Shown here one piece after another: positions 16,110 through 17,666 of a stretch of 17,666 bases of DNA. Position 1 is the first letter of the stretch; the number at the start of each line of letters is the position of its first letter. The translations under genes and the position numbers were made by a program. The notes under the pieces were generated by a model that did no database searches, was not told the origin of the DNA, and worked only from the letters and a program-made list of their open reading frames with translations. The stretch comes from Leptospirales bacterium (GTDB lineage Bacteria; Spirochaetota; Leptospiria; Turneriellales; JAOUFE01), in assembly GCA_040326155.1 (NCBI GenBank), contig JBEQLE010000082.1, forward strand, positions 1 to 17,666, in the 5' to 3' direction.

Positions 16110-17444
16110 ATGCGAGTACGGACAAGGTTAATGATTGGTTATGTTTTGGTTCTGACCATCTTAGTTACGATCGGTCTTACTGCATTTATATCGCGTATGC
16201 TATTGGTCGAACGTTTGGACCAACTCGCCCACGTAGCCAAAGAAATTGACTATATTCAGCAACTTTCCATAAAAATTGAACAGCTTTTAATGCCGGCAAA
16301 CGATTACCTTATATCAGGCGACCCTATAGAAAAGGAAAAATACGACAGAAAATATATGGAATTTGTTGACGATAATAAATTCATAGGGGGGGATGAAAAA
16401 CCGCATTCCAAATTTACTATCGCTTTAATGTTAAAAATCAAAGAGCTGGACAAAAAGGCTCAAGCTATATTTTCAATACCAAGCAAAAGCCTCAACGTGA
16501 GCCGTACAAAAGAAATCGCTTTAATGTATGAAATGGATAAAGTTGGCGAGCAGGCTTATAACATTATTAATGATCATGCTATTACGGATCGGGGGGAACT
16601 AGATATAATACTATCGAGCAGCGCCAAAACCCTGGTGTTAATAAACTGGATTTTAGGTTTAGGCGTAATGTTTGTTATTATCATCATGGCATTTTTTATA
16701 CGCTATCTTGATCACACAATACGGGCTCCCATTGAATCTCTCAGCGAAAAAATTCGCGGGGTTTCGCAGGGGCGTTGGACAAAAATTGAACTGAATGACT
16801 CGGGTGAGTTCAGCAACCTTGCCGAAGAATTTAATGTTATGGTAGGGCGTCTAAGTAATTTTTATGACGAACTCGAAGACAAGGTAAAATACCGTACCGA
16901 ACAACTCGACACCTTGAATCATAAATTAAAAAATCTGGCGGTCAAAGACGGTCTAACAGGACTCTACAATCATCGCTACTTTTACGAAAAACTGAAAGAA
17001 GAGTTCACCAGAGTGAAAAGATACGGTAAAACTGTGGTCTTATTGATGATAGATATCGACCATTTTAAACAGTATAATGACGAGTTCGGGCATGTCGCAG
17101 GGGACTTTATTTTAAAAGAGGTCGCAGCCAACCTGCAAAAAGAGTCGCGTGAAACAGATACCGTAGCCAGGTATGGGGGAGAAGAGTTTGTAATTATCGC
17201 TCCCGAAATGTTGCATGAGCAGGCACTGCCTTTTGCCGAGAGAGTTCGCGCACTTATCGCCGACTCAGAATTCAAAAACAAGCAAATACTCACAGGTAAA
17301 AGTCTCACGATCAGTATCGGAGTAGGGGTTTACCCCGGCGACGGTGACACCTACGATGAATTAATTCAGGCTGCTGACAAGGCATTATACCGTGCAAAAG
17401 AGTCCGGGCGAAACAAAGTTGTTGCAGCCAGTTCAAACCCGTAG
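16110..17444 (+). CDS. Membrane-bound diguanylate cyclase: TM - periplasmic helical sensor - TM - HAMP - GGDEF
   Basis: Two TM segments, HAMP-like PIESLSEKI..GEFSNLAEEFNVM, DGLTGLYNHRYF, IDIDHFKQYNDEFGH, I-site RETD, GGEEF, ADKALYRAKESGRN. Confidence 0.94.
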   Translation: MRVRTRLMIGYVLVLTILVTIGLTAFISRMLLVERLDQLAHVAKEIDYIQQLSIKIEQLLMPANDYLISGDPIEKEKYDRKYMEFVDDNKFIGGDEKPHSKFTIALMLKIKELDKKAQAIFSIPSKSLNVSRTKEIALMYEMDKVGEQAYNIINDHAITDRGELDIILSSSAKTLVLINWILGLGVMFVIIIMAFFIRYLDHTIRAPIESLSEKIRGVSQGRWTKIELNDSGEFSNLAEEFNVMVGRLSNFYDELEDKVKYRTEQLDTLNHKLKNLAVKDGLTGLYNHRYFYEKLKEEFTRVKRYGKTVVLLMIDIDHFKQYNDEFGHVAGDFILKEVAANLQKESRETDTVARYGGEEFVIIAPEMLHEQALPFAERVRALIADSEFKNKQILTGKSLTISIGVGVYPGDGDTYDELIQAADKALYRAKESGRNKVVAASSNP

Positions 17445-17590
17445 TTGTGTAAACATGGAATTCCAGTTTTTTAGTCCGAAAAACGACCACCAGTAGCATC
17501 AAAACCAATATCTAAGAGTGCAAAAGGGAAAAGTGGGTATTATACTCAGCGCGAATTTTCGTCTTTCCCCTCGCTGCTACATATTCCGGT

Positions 17591-17666
17591 TTATTCTGCC
17601 ACCCATTCCGGAAACATGTTGCCACTTTCCCGGGTTGTAAAAGCCATTATTTTTTCATTTATTAAT
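17591..17666 (-). CDS. Possible C-terminal end of a gene entering from the right edge
   Basis: Minus-strand frame open from the edge: LINEKIMAFTTRESGNMFPEWVAE* (TAA at 17593-17591). Too short to verify. Confidence 0.3.
   Translation of the reverse strand, partial: LINEKIMAFTTRESGNMFPEWVAE

Noticed and set aside
41..17508. Many short overlapping or antisense ORFs in the six-frame track (e.g. 3660-4031, 4176-4655, 9226-9717)
   Set aside because: They are shadows of well-supported genes and have no recognisable motifs.

Overview
A bacterial chromosomal segment, probably from a spirochaete of or near the Leptospiraceae (inferred from the FlgF/FlhO-type rod protein). The left half (1-8542, + strand) is a type I restriction-modification operon: hsdM (5'-truncated), hsdS and hsdR. 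Between hsdM and hsdS lies a translationally coupled two-gene cassette: a DUF4062 (TIR/NDT-like fold) gene and a Schlafen/AlbA_2-HATPase_c_4-wHTH gene. The second gene has an apparently degenerate AlbA_2 active site and an 11-bp (non-triplet) tandem repeat just before its wHTH. The cassette is bracketed by a 16-bp inverted repeat and a GC-rich multi-hairpin element whose last stem covers the hsdS ribosome-binding site. This cassette is the best candidate for an undescribed RM-embedded defence or regulatory system. The right half holds a perfect 30-bp palindrome, flgF/flhO, an ATP-grasp gene, a 96-bp MITE with a TAAT target duplication, a hypothetical gene, a higBA toxin-antitoxin module with operator and probable leaderless start, speE, and two diguanylate cyclases flanking a 4-TM protein and a His-rich beta-propeller. 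All calls come from reading motifs by eye; no searches were run.
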